This document shows, one piece after another, positions 1-10,554 of a DNA stretch of 64,000 nt. The translations under genes were made by a program, and so were the position numbers. A model generated the notes under the pieces. It was given only the letters and a program-made list of their open reading frames with translations. It made no database searches and was not told the origin of the DNA. The stretch spans positions 1 through 64,000 of the forward strand of contig DF237238.1 of assembly GCA_000708835.1 (NCBI GenBank), written 5' to 3'. This DNA is from Klebsormidium nitens (taxonomy: Eukaryota > Plantae > Klebsormidiophyceae). Each line of letters begins with the position of its first letter. The first letter of the stretch is position 1.

Positions 1-239
1 CAGGCATTAAAACCTTCCGCAATCAACGAGCGCACGAGGGCTCTGCATATGTGGGGCAGATTGAACGGCTCCGCTAGAGATCGAATACCGCCTAGAGCAA
101 CAGCATCCAACGTCGTCTCGAGAGATCCGCACTCTTGATAAGACCTTACAATTGCAGATCGAGCACTTTCGAGGATCTGTTTGTCCATGTCATGAATTGC
201 AACGCGTGCATGAGGACGGTAGCCAAGGATCGCATCCAT
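1..239 (-). CDS. Unknown intronless ORF, 5' part only (runs off the left window edge)
   Basis: Manual translation: ATG at 239-237, then ~79 stop-free codons to base 1 (MDAILGYRPHARVAIHDMDKQILESARSAIVRSYQECGSLETTLDAVALGGIRSLAEPFNLPHICRALVRSLIAEGFNA...). Absent from the ORF track because it has no stop in the window. Co-oriented with and 78 bp downstream of the HIRAN ORF. No family recognised. Confidence 0.45.
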   Translation of the reverse strand, partial: MDAILGYRPHARVAIHDMDKQILESARSAIVRSYQECGSLETTLDAVALGGIRSLAEPFNLPHICRALVRSLIAEGFNA

Positions 240-317
240 ACAATCTGTTCAACTATCCTCCATGGAGAAAAAGGATGACCGCCGTTGCTACCTCGATGAT
301 GCCGAACAGCCCTCAAG

Positions 318-722
318 CTATGATCGATCTCTTATTACAATCTCGCAGAGCGTGTCGTCCAAAGCAGGGTTGTAGCTTATACTAGAGCTCGAATCGTTCT
401 CAATCTCCACTTCAAACCCACACGGTCCATAGCGGCCCCCATTAACGCGGTGCACTCGTACTCGCATCTCCAACCCTCTTCGAATCGGGTCGAACACTCT
501 ATGGCACTTCAATTCGCGCCCAATAAAGCCCAAAGGTGACCCCGGAGAGCTGCAATCCGTAGGGTCAAAGATGCCAATGCCATATGCGCTAGATCCATCC
601 ATCAAATACTTGCGAAGTATGAGCTCCTGACCGGGTTGAAGCATGCGTATACGGTTCCGGCGGCCTTCGAAAGTGACCCCAACGGCTCGGCATAGTATGC
701 GTCCATCAGCAAGTTCCTCCAT
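318..722 (-). CDS. Stand-alone HIRAN-like domain protein (134 aa, divergent)
   Basis: AVGVTFEGRRNRIRMLQPGQELILR...IGIFDP...LGFIGREL matches the HIRAN pattern (V-G-V-x-F-x-G-R ... G-x-x-L-x-L-x-R ... L-G-[YF]-[IV]-x-R). The usual REPxNxxD loop is degenerate (RKYLMDGS). Confidence 0.65.
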   Translation of the reverse strand: MEELADGRILCRAVGVTFEGRRNRIRMLQPGQELILRKYLMDGSSAYGIGIFDPTDCSSPGSPLGFIGRELKCHRVFDPIRRGLEMRVRVHRVNGGRYGPCGFEVEIENDSSSSISYNPALDDTLCEIVIRDRS

Positions 723-1029
723 TGCAGGATTTGAGAGATTGGTATCATCGCTCGCGGAGACATACTCCTAAGTACAGCACGTGCAACTCATTCGCTTGGA
801 GACATTTTATTCGAGGCAGTCGCACCATGATGCAAACAACAAGGGTTTGTAATGATGCACACGTGTTCGTTGGACATACTAATCTTGGCATATTTGCAAA
901 GTTGTCTCAATTCGATCAATGCAAGCCAACTAACAAACGCTACGTTCCAAGCTCCTTGTAATTAACCTTGTCCATCTGCCATACTTCACGGTCATTGATA
1001 CTTTACAACCGCGTTCGAGGCTGCGCCCA

Positions 1030-4000
1030 TCAACGAAGCACGATCATACACTCCTCCAAATCCTCTTCGCTTGTCGACGAACGCAGTTCCTCTAGCAAAG
1101 GGTGACCAGAAGGCCTACGCAACAGATGATCCAGATCGCTGGCATCAACCTCATTGAGAAACCCTCTAACTGCAGGCTCCAGCTCCCGACGATGCTGCCA
1201 TACACGAGGGACTTCACGAAACTGCAGCTTGACAAGCTTTGCCATCCTGAGAACATGCTTCCGCTCTAGCTTGTACCTGTAGTCGCTGTTTCCAGACGCT
1301 GACTCGTTTTGCTTTCCCTTCCCTCGTCGCGGACGGCTCACCTCGATCGCTTTCCCGAGCTTGAGGCCCATGTGTTCGAGCACTCTATTCATCACCCCCT
1401 TCAATTGGCCGGGATCGAGTCCGGCTTTTCCCTCTTTGGGTGCCGGCAACTGGATTTGGAACATCTCGGAGACCGCACGCTCCGACATTGCAGATTTTGC
1501 ACCGACCCGCTTAGGACGGCCTCTGAACAGCTCCGAATTCAGGAGCCTGTCTTTGAGTCCGCCTGCGAGCAGCGAGCGCGTTTCACCGCCCACGTCGAAA
1601 GGGTGCGCCAGGCCCAGGTCCTTGAGCAATCCCCGCGCAGTCTCCGCCATTTTGGGAACGTGGCTCTGGCGAGCCACCGCCCCCTCGTCGAGGAACCGCC
1701 CCGGGAGTAGCACCTTTAGCAGAAGGTCGAGCTTCTTTGAGAACGGCGGCTTGTACTCGGCCTTTGTTTCTTTGAAGAAGTGCTCGTCAAGGTCCTTCAG
1801 GCCATAGTACTGGCAGGCCTCGTACCTCATCACCTCGACACTCTGCGCCCCCCTGTCCCGCTTCGTGTCCCGCAACTTCCTTAATTCCTCGTACTCTTCC
1901 TCATCAATCACCCTCGCCCCAATAATCTTTAACGCCTCTGCGTCCAGCCCTTTCCGCCTCTTACTCTTTTTCGATAGCTCCTCGGTTTGCTCAACCTCCA
2001 CCACGTGGCCTGCTCGCGCGACTTGCACCTGGAACTCGTGAAGCAGGCGCACGTCCGAGTTCCGCCGTTCCGCCTCCGTATGCGCAAACGTCCGGAAGAG
2101 GGGGCCGTCCTCGATCAGCCGGACAACTTTGCCCGGGTCCTCGGTTCTCGACGGGACTCGCCTCCATGCAGCCGTCACTTCGCTGTTGCAAGCTTGCAGA
2201 TACTGCAGCGTCTCCGCCGTGGTCACGCGCCGTGGAGGGCCGAAGAGTCCCTGCAGAAAGGACCCTCGGATTGAGCGAATCTTCATCGAAACTCTGCCAC
2301 AATCAGATGTTTGTCATCTCCATCGGGTTTGGAGGTTGCCCAAAAGCTTCTAAAATCCAGGGCTCTCACAAAACTGCCCCCCAAACTGGCCCTCAACGAA
2401 GCTGGCATCTGAACCAGCCTACTTAAGTGGGCCCCACGAAAGTAGCCCACCAAAGCGAGCGCTAGAGGAATCGGCCCCAAAAGCAGCCCTACAAAATCGG
2501 CCAGGGGCCGAAAATGGGCCTCACAAAACTGTCGCGCTATGTACGAAGACTTGCTCACTGTTTGCTTTGCAAAAGCTATGCAAAGCGGCACAGTCGGACA
2601 GAGTCTAAGGCAGGCACGATGATTTTCACTTCCCACCTTGAGTCGCTCAGAATGCTGACCAGAGGAGCCCCCCACGCCGGACTGGGAACCGGACGCCCCG
2701 TTGAGAGGGGAATCGACGGCCACTTGCTGGTCCAGACGGCCGCCATCATCATCCTGCGCGTCAAAAAAAGAGATCAGTGATGTCTAATTCCCAGCAATGG
2801 AGCACGTGTCTCGGGCAGCATTCTCAACACTTTTGCAGACAAATACTTTTGGAGGGCCGTCAAGCAGCATCCGGAGCACAGGTTTGGAGGATTGGACCTG
2901 AAATGTCGTGCTTTGCAAGGCTCGACTCGAGCAAGACAAGAAGCGTTGCGCATAGTGAGAAAGACAAATGAGATGGAACCAATACCTGCAAAGTAGACTC
3001 GTCGGCCGCGTCTGATGCATGCGGTGCCATAGCCGTCGTTCCCTGCAAGTCAAAACCGAGTTGAATCTCTAATCGCGCATAAAATTCGGAGACGCGAACT
3101 TCAGCTTAAAACAAGGCAAGTGGCTTTGCAGATTGAGCACATTCCAAAGGTACGTGCTCAGCATCAAGCGAGTAACTTGAAAGAGCAAAGGGCAAGTGGC
3201 TACTCTAGCTCAAGAACAATCTGCTCATTGCCAATTGCTCAACTTGAAGCGAGTAACCTGGACGAGCTAGGCACCACATACAATCTCCTCACCTCCTGTC
3301 GCCGGGAGCAGAGTCGCGCGGCCGGTACCTCTTGCGCACAGTCCAGCATCACGGAGATGGACGACTGGACGAAGCAGTGGACCAGCGCGCTCTCCGTTTT
3401 CCGCACCCGCAACGTCGCCTGCCAGGCCGCCCGAGCCGTCGTGCTCTTCTTGCACATGTAGAGGAACTTGGTGTGGAACCAGGAAACGTCGAAATTTACC
3501 CCTGCCTCGACAGTGGGGCTGTACATGAGCAAGCGAACCTTCCAATTTTCTGCAACGTTCCTCAGAAGAGCCGTCGTTTCGCCCCCGCTCAGGGCCTTAT
3601 GGATGAGGATGTCTGTGTCTGCAAGCCCGAGCGAGTGCCGCGACATGACTTGGTCCCGGATGCGGTCCAGGACCTTCGCGGACATGCTGACGACGACCAC
3701 GTTCTTGCCAGCTGCGAGATCAGCAACTATTCGGTCCAGCCACTTCTTCTCGTCCAGACCGATGCGGAACGTCAGAGGCACCTACGCATGAAGCGATGCA
3801 CAGACACTCAGCGCTGGGAGCTGCGAAAGAACATTGTGTGTCAAGAAAGTTCGTTTTTGAATCGAGGAACACACACGTTGTGCTATCAAAGACTACTTCC
3901 AAAGCAGAGGTAACAGTATGGCCGGGCCCTGTTAGCATGCAATGAATGCCTAAAGGTGGCCGACGCAGCACGTACCAAAACAAATCTGCCCTCCCGAGGG

Positions 4001-7000
4001 GGCTTAAAAAGGAAAGACCGTGGCGAAAGGCCCAAGATGCCAATCCTTAGAATCTATTTCTTCTCCCTTCGATCAAACAAGATGCAGCAGAGCAAACATG
4101 CTACGTCGAGCACTTCTAAACAGCCACAGTCTGAACGGCCGAAGCTTTGAACAACGACTGGTCTTCTCAAACACGCGTTTCTGCATAAGCTATTATGCTG
4201 ATCAGATGCAATCAACCGGTGCCTACCGCAGCCCTTCTTGTGTTGATGACGAGCTTCCCAGGCACTTTCGCAAGCCGGAAGAAGTCGTGCTCCCGCTGCC
4301 CGTACCCGTCGTCCATGGCCAACACGCGCTTTGCCCGCTGGACAATCTCCAGGAACAGCTCACTGGTCTCCATACCGTTCCTCAAGGTTGCCGCGGAGAG
4401 GTGCGCGAGGATGCTCGCCACCTCGTCTAGGATGACGAGGTCAAACGGGGCAACCTCACCGATGCCGCCCGGCCGCAGGTTCAGGAGGCTGTCCACCTGA
4501 ACCACAATTTCAGGGAAGTCCTTGCGGGACTGGAGGGCTGTCAGGAGGTTGTGCTTGTCGTTGGGATCCTGGAACCACTGGTTCTCATAATCCGCCTTCA
4601 GGTCGAGGTAGTTTGCGGTGCGGGGAAAGCGGCGTTTGAGGTCCTCGGCCTGCGCCACCCGGTATGTGATCATGATCGTCGTGATGGGGTGGTCGCTTGC
4701 TCGCCAAAGCTCATCCCCAACCGCCCCGCAGAAGACCGTCTTCCCGGTGTTTACGCCCGACCGGATGCCGAGCAGGGGGAACTTGCCCTCGATCCACCTG
4801 CAAGTGTCGACAAGAGCATTGTCAACACGCCGTAGCACGAGGAGAGTTCAGAAAGCCGAGACTTAAAAGTACTGTGGGTTATGCATTGACCTGAATCCCG
4901 TATGTGCCGGTTTCACCTGCAAGCAGCTTGAGAGGGTAAGTCAGCGATTGAACAAAGTCTTGTACGACCGGAATGTTTGGAAACTCGTAGCCATGTGCTG
5001 CTCTCAAAACGGACAGCGACAACCAGGCAAACGATGGTCTGCATCAGAAGGAGGACATCGCGCTTCATTATGCATGAGCCAAGCCGAAATATTCAACCCC
5101 TTGATGGCCAGAAGTTTGACACGTGACAGAAAGACAGTTGTCAACTTGTGCATGACATGCGGCAGGGGGGAAAACATTGATATAGGTGGGCGCCAAGAAG
5201 CGACCATGCTACTTAGCACCTGTAGATGCCGCAAGCGACCTGAAAGTCACACACTGGCAGAAGAAAAGCTCGTCGTAGTAGGTGCGCATCCAGAAGCGCC
5301 GAATCTAAGATAAGCACCCAATCCAGCCAGCACTCGCAAAACTTCTCCGGCGGTCATCTGAATGTCAACACGTGGCAGAAGATTGGAGTGACGAGTTGTC
5401 AAGAGCGGCAAAATAGGCGACCGTTTGTGGAAAAGTAGTGGTACGCGTTCAGTAGCGCACGCTTTGTCAATGGTTGCGAAAAACTGAACGGCCCTAAGCT
5501 GGTCACGAAGTGGGTTTTGGCGAAATAGAGGCTTGTCGGAGAGTTACTCGAAACTGTGAAAGCTTTTGGCATTACAATGGGCACGTATGCACTCTTTCCG
5601 CAGCAATACTTACTCGTTGGCGACCGTGTTGAGCTTCATCAGATCGTCCGGCTTCCTCAGCCCCGCCGCAACTTCGGCCACGAGCTCAGGGGTCGACGCG
5701 CCAGGGACCCGCTTGAGGTGCTCCATGTCTACCTTGACCGCGCCTGTCTCATACGAGATGTTATCCTCGAACAGGTCCCCCAGGCAGTACGCCCTGCTGA
5801 CACAGGGGACGTCCGAGTCCCCACCCTCGGTATTTCGGCTGAAACACAGAGCATAGATCTTGCCGTTTGGATTGAGATGGCAGATCAATCTCTGACGGTC
5901 ATGGATCCGACCCGTGTAGCACGGCTCTGTGCGATCGCTGTAGTTGTAGTAGCGATCAGGTCCATCCTCGTAGGCGCTGGGGTGCAAGCGTTCTCAGAGC
6001 AGCGCCAGCATGCGCGCCTTCACAAACTCGTCATTCGTCAAGCTGCGCTCAGTGCCCCTTTCAGACATCACTCGAGGGTTTCTATACCTTTCGTGGAGTC
6101 TTTCGGGCACTTCGAACGGCAGCTTGACCTCCTCACGGGCCTGTAGCACAGCACAAGGGCAGCTTGTTAGAAGCACATTCGTGCCAAGTCATCCACATCG
6201 CCTTGTCAAAATGAGAGGAGGAAGCCAGGAAGGAGGCCAAGGTGGTTCGTGTTTGGCGACCACCTGAACTACAAAAACTTGCGCTGCCTTTCAACCAAGG
6301 ATTGTGTGAGAGCAACAGATTGCAACAAAAGCCGAGCGCCTTCAAATGCAGTTATCCCATCAAGCTTCAACGCTGAAGAGGCGATTAGAATCGAGGAGTG
6401 CGCCACAAGCAGGATCCGTCCTTCACGCAAAGATGAAGGCCACATATAAAGCAATCACTGCTCAGGCTCGCAGCAAAACCAGCAGGATGTACCAAGAAAC
6501 GATGGATTACTTTCTAAAGAATCTAACGGGCCTTTCCTGGTACATCTTGCGGGCATGGCCGGGCAGCACATCAAGCGCCAAATGCGTTTCGTACCAGGAA
6601 GGATTAGTAACACTTCAAAGATTGAAGCCGTTTTTTGGTGCAGCCTTCATATGACCGACCAGGCAGGTGTGGGGGCTGGATGAGCTGCTCACCTCGAGGG
6701 GCTCCAGCCAGGTCACCAGAGCATCCTTCCACGAATGGGCCGGATTGATGCACGTCAGGACGCTTTCCGGCTTCTCAATCTTGGCGCTTCCCGGAGTCCG
6801 CCACTGGCGGTCCTTCGAGTACACGTTCAGGTCGATGGCGTCGGCGAGCGCAGGATGCCACCGCTGCAGCCTCTTCTTGAGGCGCCTCGCAAAGTGGAGA
6901 GCCCCCTCGGTGTTAGAGGCGAAGACGAGCTGGCGGGGGGAGAGCTGGTTGATGGTGAGGTGGAGGCTAAACTTGGTCCGGCGGGGGCTCTCAATCCAGA

Positions 7001-9005
7001 CGAAGCTGCTCGGCTGCAGCTCACAGTCGTATTGCTCCTTGAACACGATACTGGCCCACTTCTCCATGAGCCCAATCACCTCCTCCCGACCGTACTTCTC
7101 CCTAGCCTCCACAACCTCTCCATCCGCCCCAATCACCGGCTGGCGCCTGAAGGGGAGCCCCTCCTTCCAGTCGAGGTCAAGGTAGGGCTTGCAGGGCTTC
7201 CGTTCTGGATAATTTCGGTCACCGACCCGTGCCCCTCCAGATGCCGCCGCGCTGACTCCCAATCCGGGAATGAAGCTGCGCCACGGGACCCTCACCCCGT
7301 CTGAGACCATGCCGGACCACTTGTGCAGGACCACCTGCGCCTCGTGGTTTAAGAGAGCCGCCTCCTGCTGCATGTAGTGCTTTGGGCCCGGGAGGCGGCC
7401 CCTAGGGTTGGTCCCTCTCTGATGGAAGCAATTGGTGCCGTGCTCCCGCACACGCAGCACCCGGAACCCGTCCTTCTTGAAGACCTCGTTGCCGGTCAGC
7501 GGGTCAGAATGCACCGCAGGCTCGGGCACCGCCACAAGGTCCTCGCGCGCCATTGGATGTCTGCATGAGCGATGTAGGAGCAGTCAGACGTCGCAGCGCA
7601 AGAAAGAATAGCAGACTTTGCGACTTTTTGCTGATGCACGCCCAGAATATTGCAAAAAAGGCCTCTTCCGTCTTTGACGAGTAACACGTCACTTCTGAAT
7701 CACAGGTCGCTCTTATGGAATTAAAACCGGGTTGCTGAATAATTTGTGATGCCCCAGACCAGCCCCACTAACCATGCACCATTTCTGCGACACTTGGTGG
7801 GGCGGCCAACCTCAGACCCAAGAATGGACCACAAAATGAACACTAGCAAATAACGAATGACAAGGCTGAATCCTGACTTCATTCAAGTGGCAGAACATTG
7901 GCTGATGTACACGTTTTCAGCAATCTACGAGACGCAATTGTGTGGGAGCACTGATTGCTGTCGATCTGATTCAAAAGTCCTTAAATGTTACTTGATGTAC
8001 ACTTTGCACCCGTCCAATTGACGCAGATCTTTGCCAGCGAATCGCCCATTAAGCACAACGAGCAGCCCATAAAGCAGGGTAAGACGTTTTCAATGGTGGC
8101 TGTACTAGGATGCGCTGAGGAAGAAAGGGGCACTTCCTGGTACATTCTGGGGAGGGTATGGCCGGCCCACAAAGCAGGGTGAGACTTGGTTGAGATACTT
8201 GTACCAGGATTCAAAGTAATGCTCTTTAGAGAAGAACAGGGCTTTTCCTGGTATTTTCTGAGAGGTATGGCTGGCCCACAAAGCAAGGTCAGGCTTTCAA
8301 TCGGTAGGCTTTCAATCGGTAGCTGTACCAGGGTTCGCTGTAGTAGCGAGTGCAGCTGCAGGCCCAACCTAAAGTGCACAACGATTTAGCAAAGGACAGC
8401 TACTTACATAGTGGCCGGCGGCGCTTCATCGTGGGCCTTCCTCCTCTGAATCTCTCTCCGCATGGGCGCCAGCGCATCGTCCAGGGTCTCATCCTCGAGC
8501 CGAGCTGCCGCTTCCTCCATCTCCATCTGCCGGTACAGATCCCGCCTTTCAGCGTCCGGCACCGCCGAGTCGTCGATGCCCCGGTCGTCCTCGGATGTGG
8601 GCTCCTCGTCAGACTCGGTCTCGTCGGATGTCTCTTCAATGTCGAAGGAGGCGGCCTCTTGATCGGACGTCGCAGCTACCTCCTGTAGGACCATAAGGAA
8701 CTAATTTGTGAAATCTCGCCGTGCTTGGTGCTCATTGGCCGTCAGAAGAAGCTGGCAGTGGAGATCTTCTTGCAAAGAACGGTGAGCGCAGCATGGTGCT
8801 TAGCAATGAAGACAGAACCTATGCCTCTTTGCGCAGACCAGCCTCGGCATGCCTCTCCTGATACCTTTCAGCAATCGCACACAGGAAACGCACACAGGCT
8901 GCTTACAGCTTCGTCCGGGCTTCTGAACCGGATCCTGATACCGCTTGGCGCCGGGAAGCTCTCCCTGCTTGAGGCGGCCCTCTTCCTGCCTGCGACCTCC
9001 TGCAT
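1030..9005 (-). CDS. Spliced AEP primase / Cys-His segment / UL9-like SF2 helicase fusion (~1,407 aa; ASFV F1055L-like architecture) with one in-frame TGA, possibly a pseudogene
   Basis: Phase-consistent GT-AG model: exons 9005-8907, 8682-8408, 7560-6693, 6140-5614, 4797-4227, 3781-3293, 3042-2986, 2753-2637, 2250-1030 (4,224 nt = 1,408 codons). AEP motifs CKPYLDLD, KFSLHL, IDLNVYSKDRQWRTPGSAK. Helicase motifs IRSGVNTGKT (Walker A), IVVQVDSL, LVILDEVASI (Walker B), VLAMD, YSPTVEAGVNFD, QATLRVR. In-frame TGA at 5996-5994. Extra mini-exons inside the 5613-4798 intron cannot be excluded. Confidence 0.85.
3293..4797 (-). other. Two exons encoding the UL9/origin-binding-protein-like SF2 helicase core
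   Basis: Exon 4797-4227 carries motifs I, Ia, II and III; exon 3781-3293 carries motifs IV-VI. The motif spelling (xVQVxSL, DEVxS, GVxFD, QxxxRVR) follows the UL9 family. Confidence 0.85.
6481..6562 (-). repeat. Solitary inverted copy of the palindromic array repeat inside a helicase-gene intron
   Basis: Minus strand reads CCGGCCATGCCCGCAAGATGTACCAGGAAAGGCCCGTTAGATTCTTTAGAAAGTAATCCATCGTTTCTTGGTACATC, matching the array unit at 11575-11650. Confidence 0.9.
6693..7560 (-). other. Exon encoding the archaeo-eukaryotic primase (PrimPol-type) catalytic domain
   Basis: DxD motif (YLDLD), sxH motif (FSLHL) and motif III Asp (IDLNVY). Acceptor tgcag at 7565-7561, donor gtgagc at 6692. Confidence 0.85.
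8110..8280 (-). repeat. Two degenerate inverted copies of the palindromic repeat in intron 2 of the helicase gene
   Basis: TTCCTGGTACATTCTGGGGAGGGTATGGCCGG (~8134-8165) and GTACCAGG...TTTTCCTGGTATTTTCTGAGAGGTATGGCTGG (~8201-8275) are reverse complements of the array unit's left part. Confidence 0.75.
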
Positions 9006-9088
9006 TTGAGCATTGGGACACGTTGCATTCAGAGCAGGCATGACACGAATTTAGGGGAACGCCTCCGCGCTCAAAAGGCATAACAACC

Positions 9089-9576
9089 ATGTGCTTTGAC
9101 ACCAATTTCACGGGCCGCTTTGCTCTTTCTCGCCCCCTGACCGTCAAAGAGAGCGCAATTTTGAAGGCCGTACACGACTACCGCCCTCAGGATAACCTGG
9201 AACTACCCTCTGCGGCTTCGAAGCAAGAGCGCCCGGTCAAAATCGTGCGGGTGGGATCCAAGCACAAATTCGGCAGAGAACATTCGACTTCTTTGGTATA
9301 TTCCCCTCCTTCGACTGCCAATGGACCGTCTCCAAGGACAAGCGCGCTCTTGTTTTGGACGAGAGAGGTGACTTCAGGGACTATGTGAGCTGGTTAGAGT
9401 ACCTCATCTCCCATCTCTTTGCGGCATGGGGAGTACAGCTGAACGGAACCGTCACATTGGAGGGGAATCTGTTAGGCGACACAGGATCGATTACGATCGA
9501 TGGCGACCGGATTGTCGTCGATCTGAAGGAACCGACCAAGGTACTTTGCATAGAGAGATTGTTCGACTCACCATAG
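9089..9576 (+). pseudogene. Frameshifted, diverged paralog of the 9773-10237 gene
   Basis: MCFDTNFTGRFALSRPLT... aligns with MGYDTKFTGRFAFSRPLT.... After ~9270-9290 homology continues in another frame (FPSFDCQW...KRALVLDERGDFRDYVSWLEYLISHLFAAWGVQLNGTV...DSP*). Confidence 0.8.
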
Positions 9577-9772
9577 CAGGCGGCTCTGCAGCAGTGGAGA
9601 GAGGCTGGCTGGTAGGATGCGGGGGGCTCGAGGAGGGGGCCCGAGTCCTGCAGGACAGCAAGAGCGTGGGGCGTTTAGGGACAAGGGGCGCAGAGACGAG
9701 ACAACCTCGACCGCTAGAAAAATATTACACAGACTTAGGGCAACGCTTTGGCACTCAAAAGGGCATCAAATT

Positions 9773-10237
9773 ATGGGCTACGACACAAAGTTCACCGGCC
9801 GCTTTGCCTTTTCCCGCCCCTTGACTGCCGAAGAGAGCGCGATCTTGGCAGCAGTGCACGAACACTGTCACGAGGACGACCTGGAGCTACCTTACGCGGC
9901 TGACGGGAATCGCCCAGTCAAGATCGAGCGAGAGGTGATCAAGCCCTTGTATGTGGGCGAGGGCCTCGACTACTTCACGGAAAAGTTCCCCTCTTTCTAC
10001 TGCCAATGGACGCTGTCACCCAACAAGCGCGCTCTTGTCTGGGACAAAGGGGAAAAGTTCTACAATTATGTGAGCTGGCTCGAATACCTCATCTCTCACT
10101 TCTTCGCCGTATGGGGAGTGCAGCTGAGCGGGACCGTCAATTGGAAGGGGGCCAATGGGGGCGACAGAGGTTCGATCACGGTCGAGGGTGATAGGATTAT
10201 CGTCAAGATGCCTCTAGCCCGGAAGGACTCACCGTAG
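9773..10237 (+). CDS. Intronless uncharacterised protein (154 aa), resembling a phage/giant-virus hypothetical family
   Basis: MGYDTKFTGRF...FYCQW...LVWDKGEKFYNYVSWLEYLISHFFAVWGVQLSGTVNWKG...DRGSITV. I recall this motif pattern (MGYxTxFxG, CQW, WDxGEKFYxYVxWLxYLI, WGxxLxGxVxWxG) from phage, bacterial and giant-virus hypothetical proteins; it needs confirmation by search. Confidence 0.75.
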   Translation: MGYDTKFTGRFAFSRPLTAEESAILAAVHEHCHEDDLELPYAADGNRPVKIEREVIKPLYVGEGLDYFTEKFPSFYCQWTLSPNKRALVWDKGEKFYNYVSWLEYLISHFFAVWGVQLSGTVNWKGANGGDRGSITVEGDRIIVKMPLARKDSP

Positions 10238-10346
10238 ATGCCAGCTCTGTATCAGCGGAACGGGGACCGCTAGCAGGACGTGGGTCGCTGGAGGAAGGGC
10301 CCGTTTCCTGTACAATAGGGGGAAGGCAAGGGGCTTAGGGGCAAAT

Positions 10347-10392
10347 NNNNNNNNNNNNNNNNNNNNNNNNNNNNNNNNNNNNNNNNNNNNNN
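10347..10392. other. Assembly gap (N run)
   Basis: 46 Ns. Confidence 1.
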
Positions 10393-10554
10393 CTCCTGGC
10401 CGTGGCTGTATTCAATGGTTCATGCAAGCGGGGGGGTTCGAGGCCTGGTCGAGCAATGATGTTATTGAATAATTTAACAAGTTTATGAGCAGTGAGATAG
10501 GCAGATTTGAGGAGTTCAAAGGCAAACTTTCAAAGCGCATCTGCCGCGCCGCAC

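Larger units (their letters stand above)
9045..10346 (+). repeat. Diverged tandem duplication (~690-bp unit) including gene plus flanks, ending at a sequence gap
   Basis: Upstream flanks (TTAGGGxAACGC...CTCAAAAGG(G)CAT) and downstream flanks (GACTCACCxTAG...GCTCTG...GAGGAxGGGCCCG...TCCTG) are similar in both copies. Confidence 0.8.

Noticed and set aside
4891-4916. Possible mini-exon VKPAHTGFR in the helicase gene
   Set aside because: It has good splice signals but is out of phase with the upstream exon unless further unseen exons exist, so it was left out of the model.
5994-5996. Selenocysteine codon
   Set aside because: The position is not a Cys-type catalytic site, I saw no SECIS, and CGA-to-TGA is simpler.
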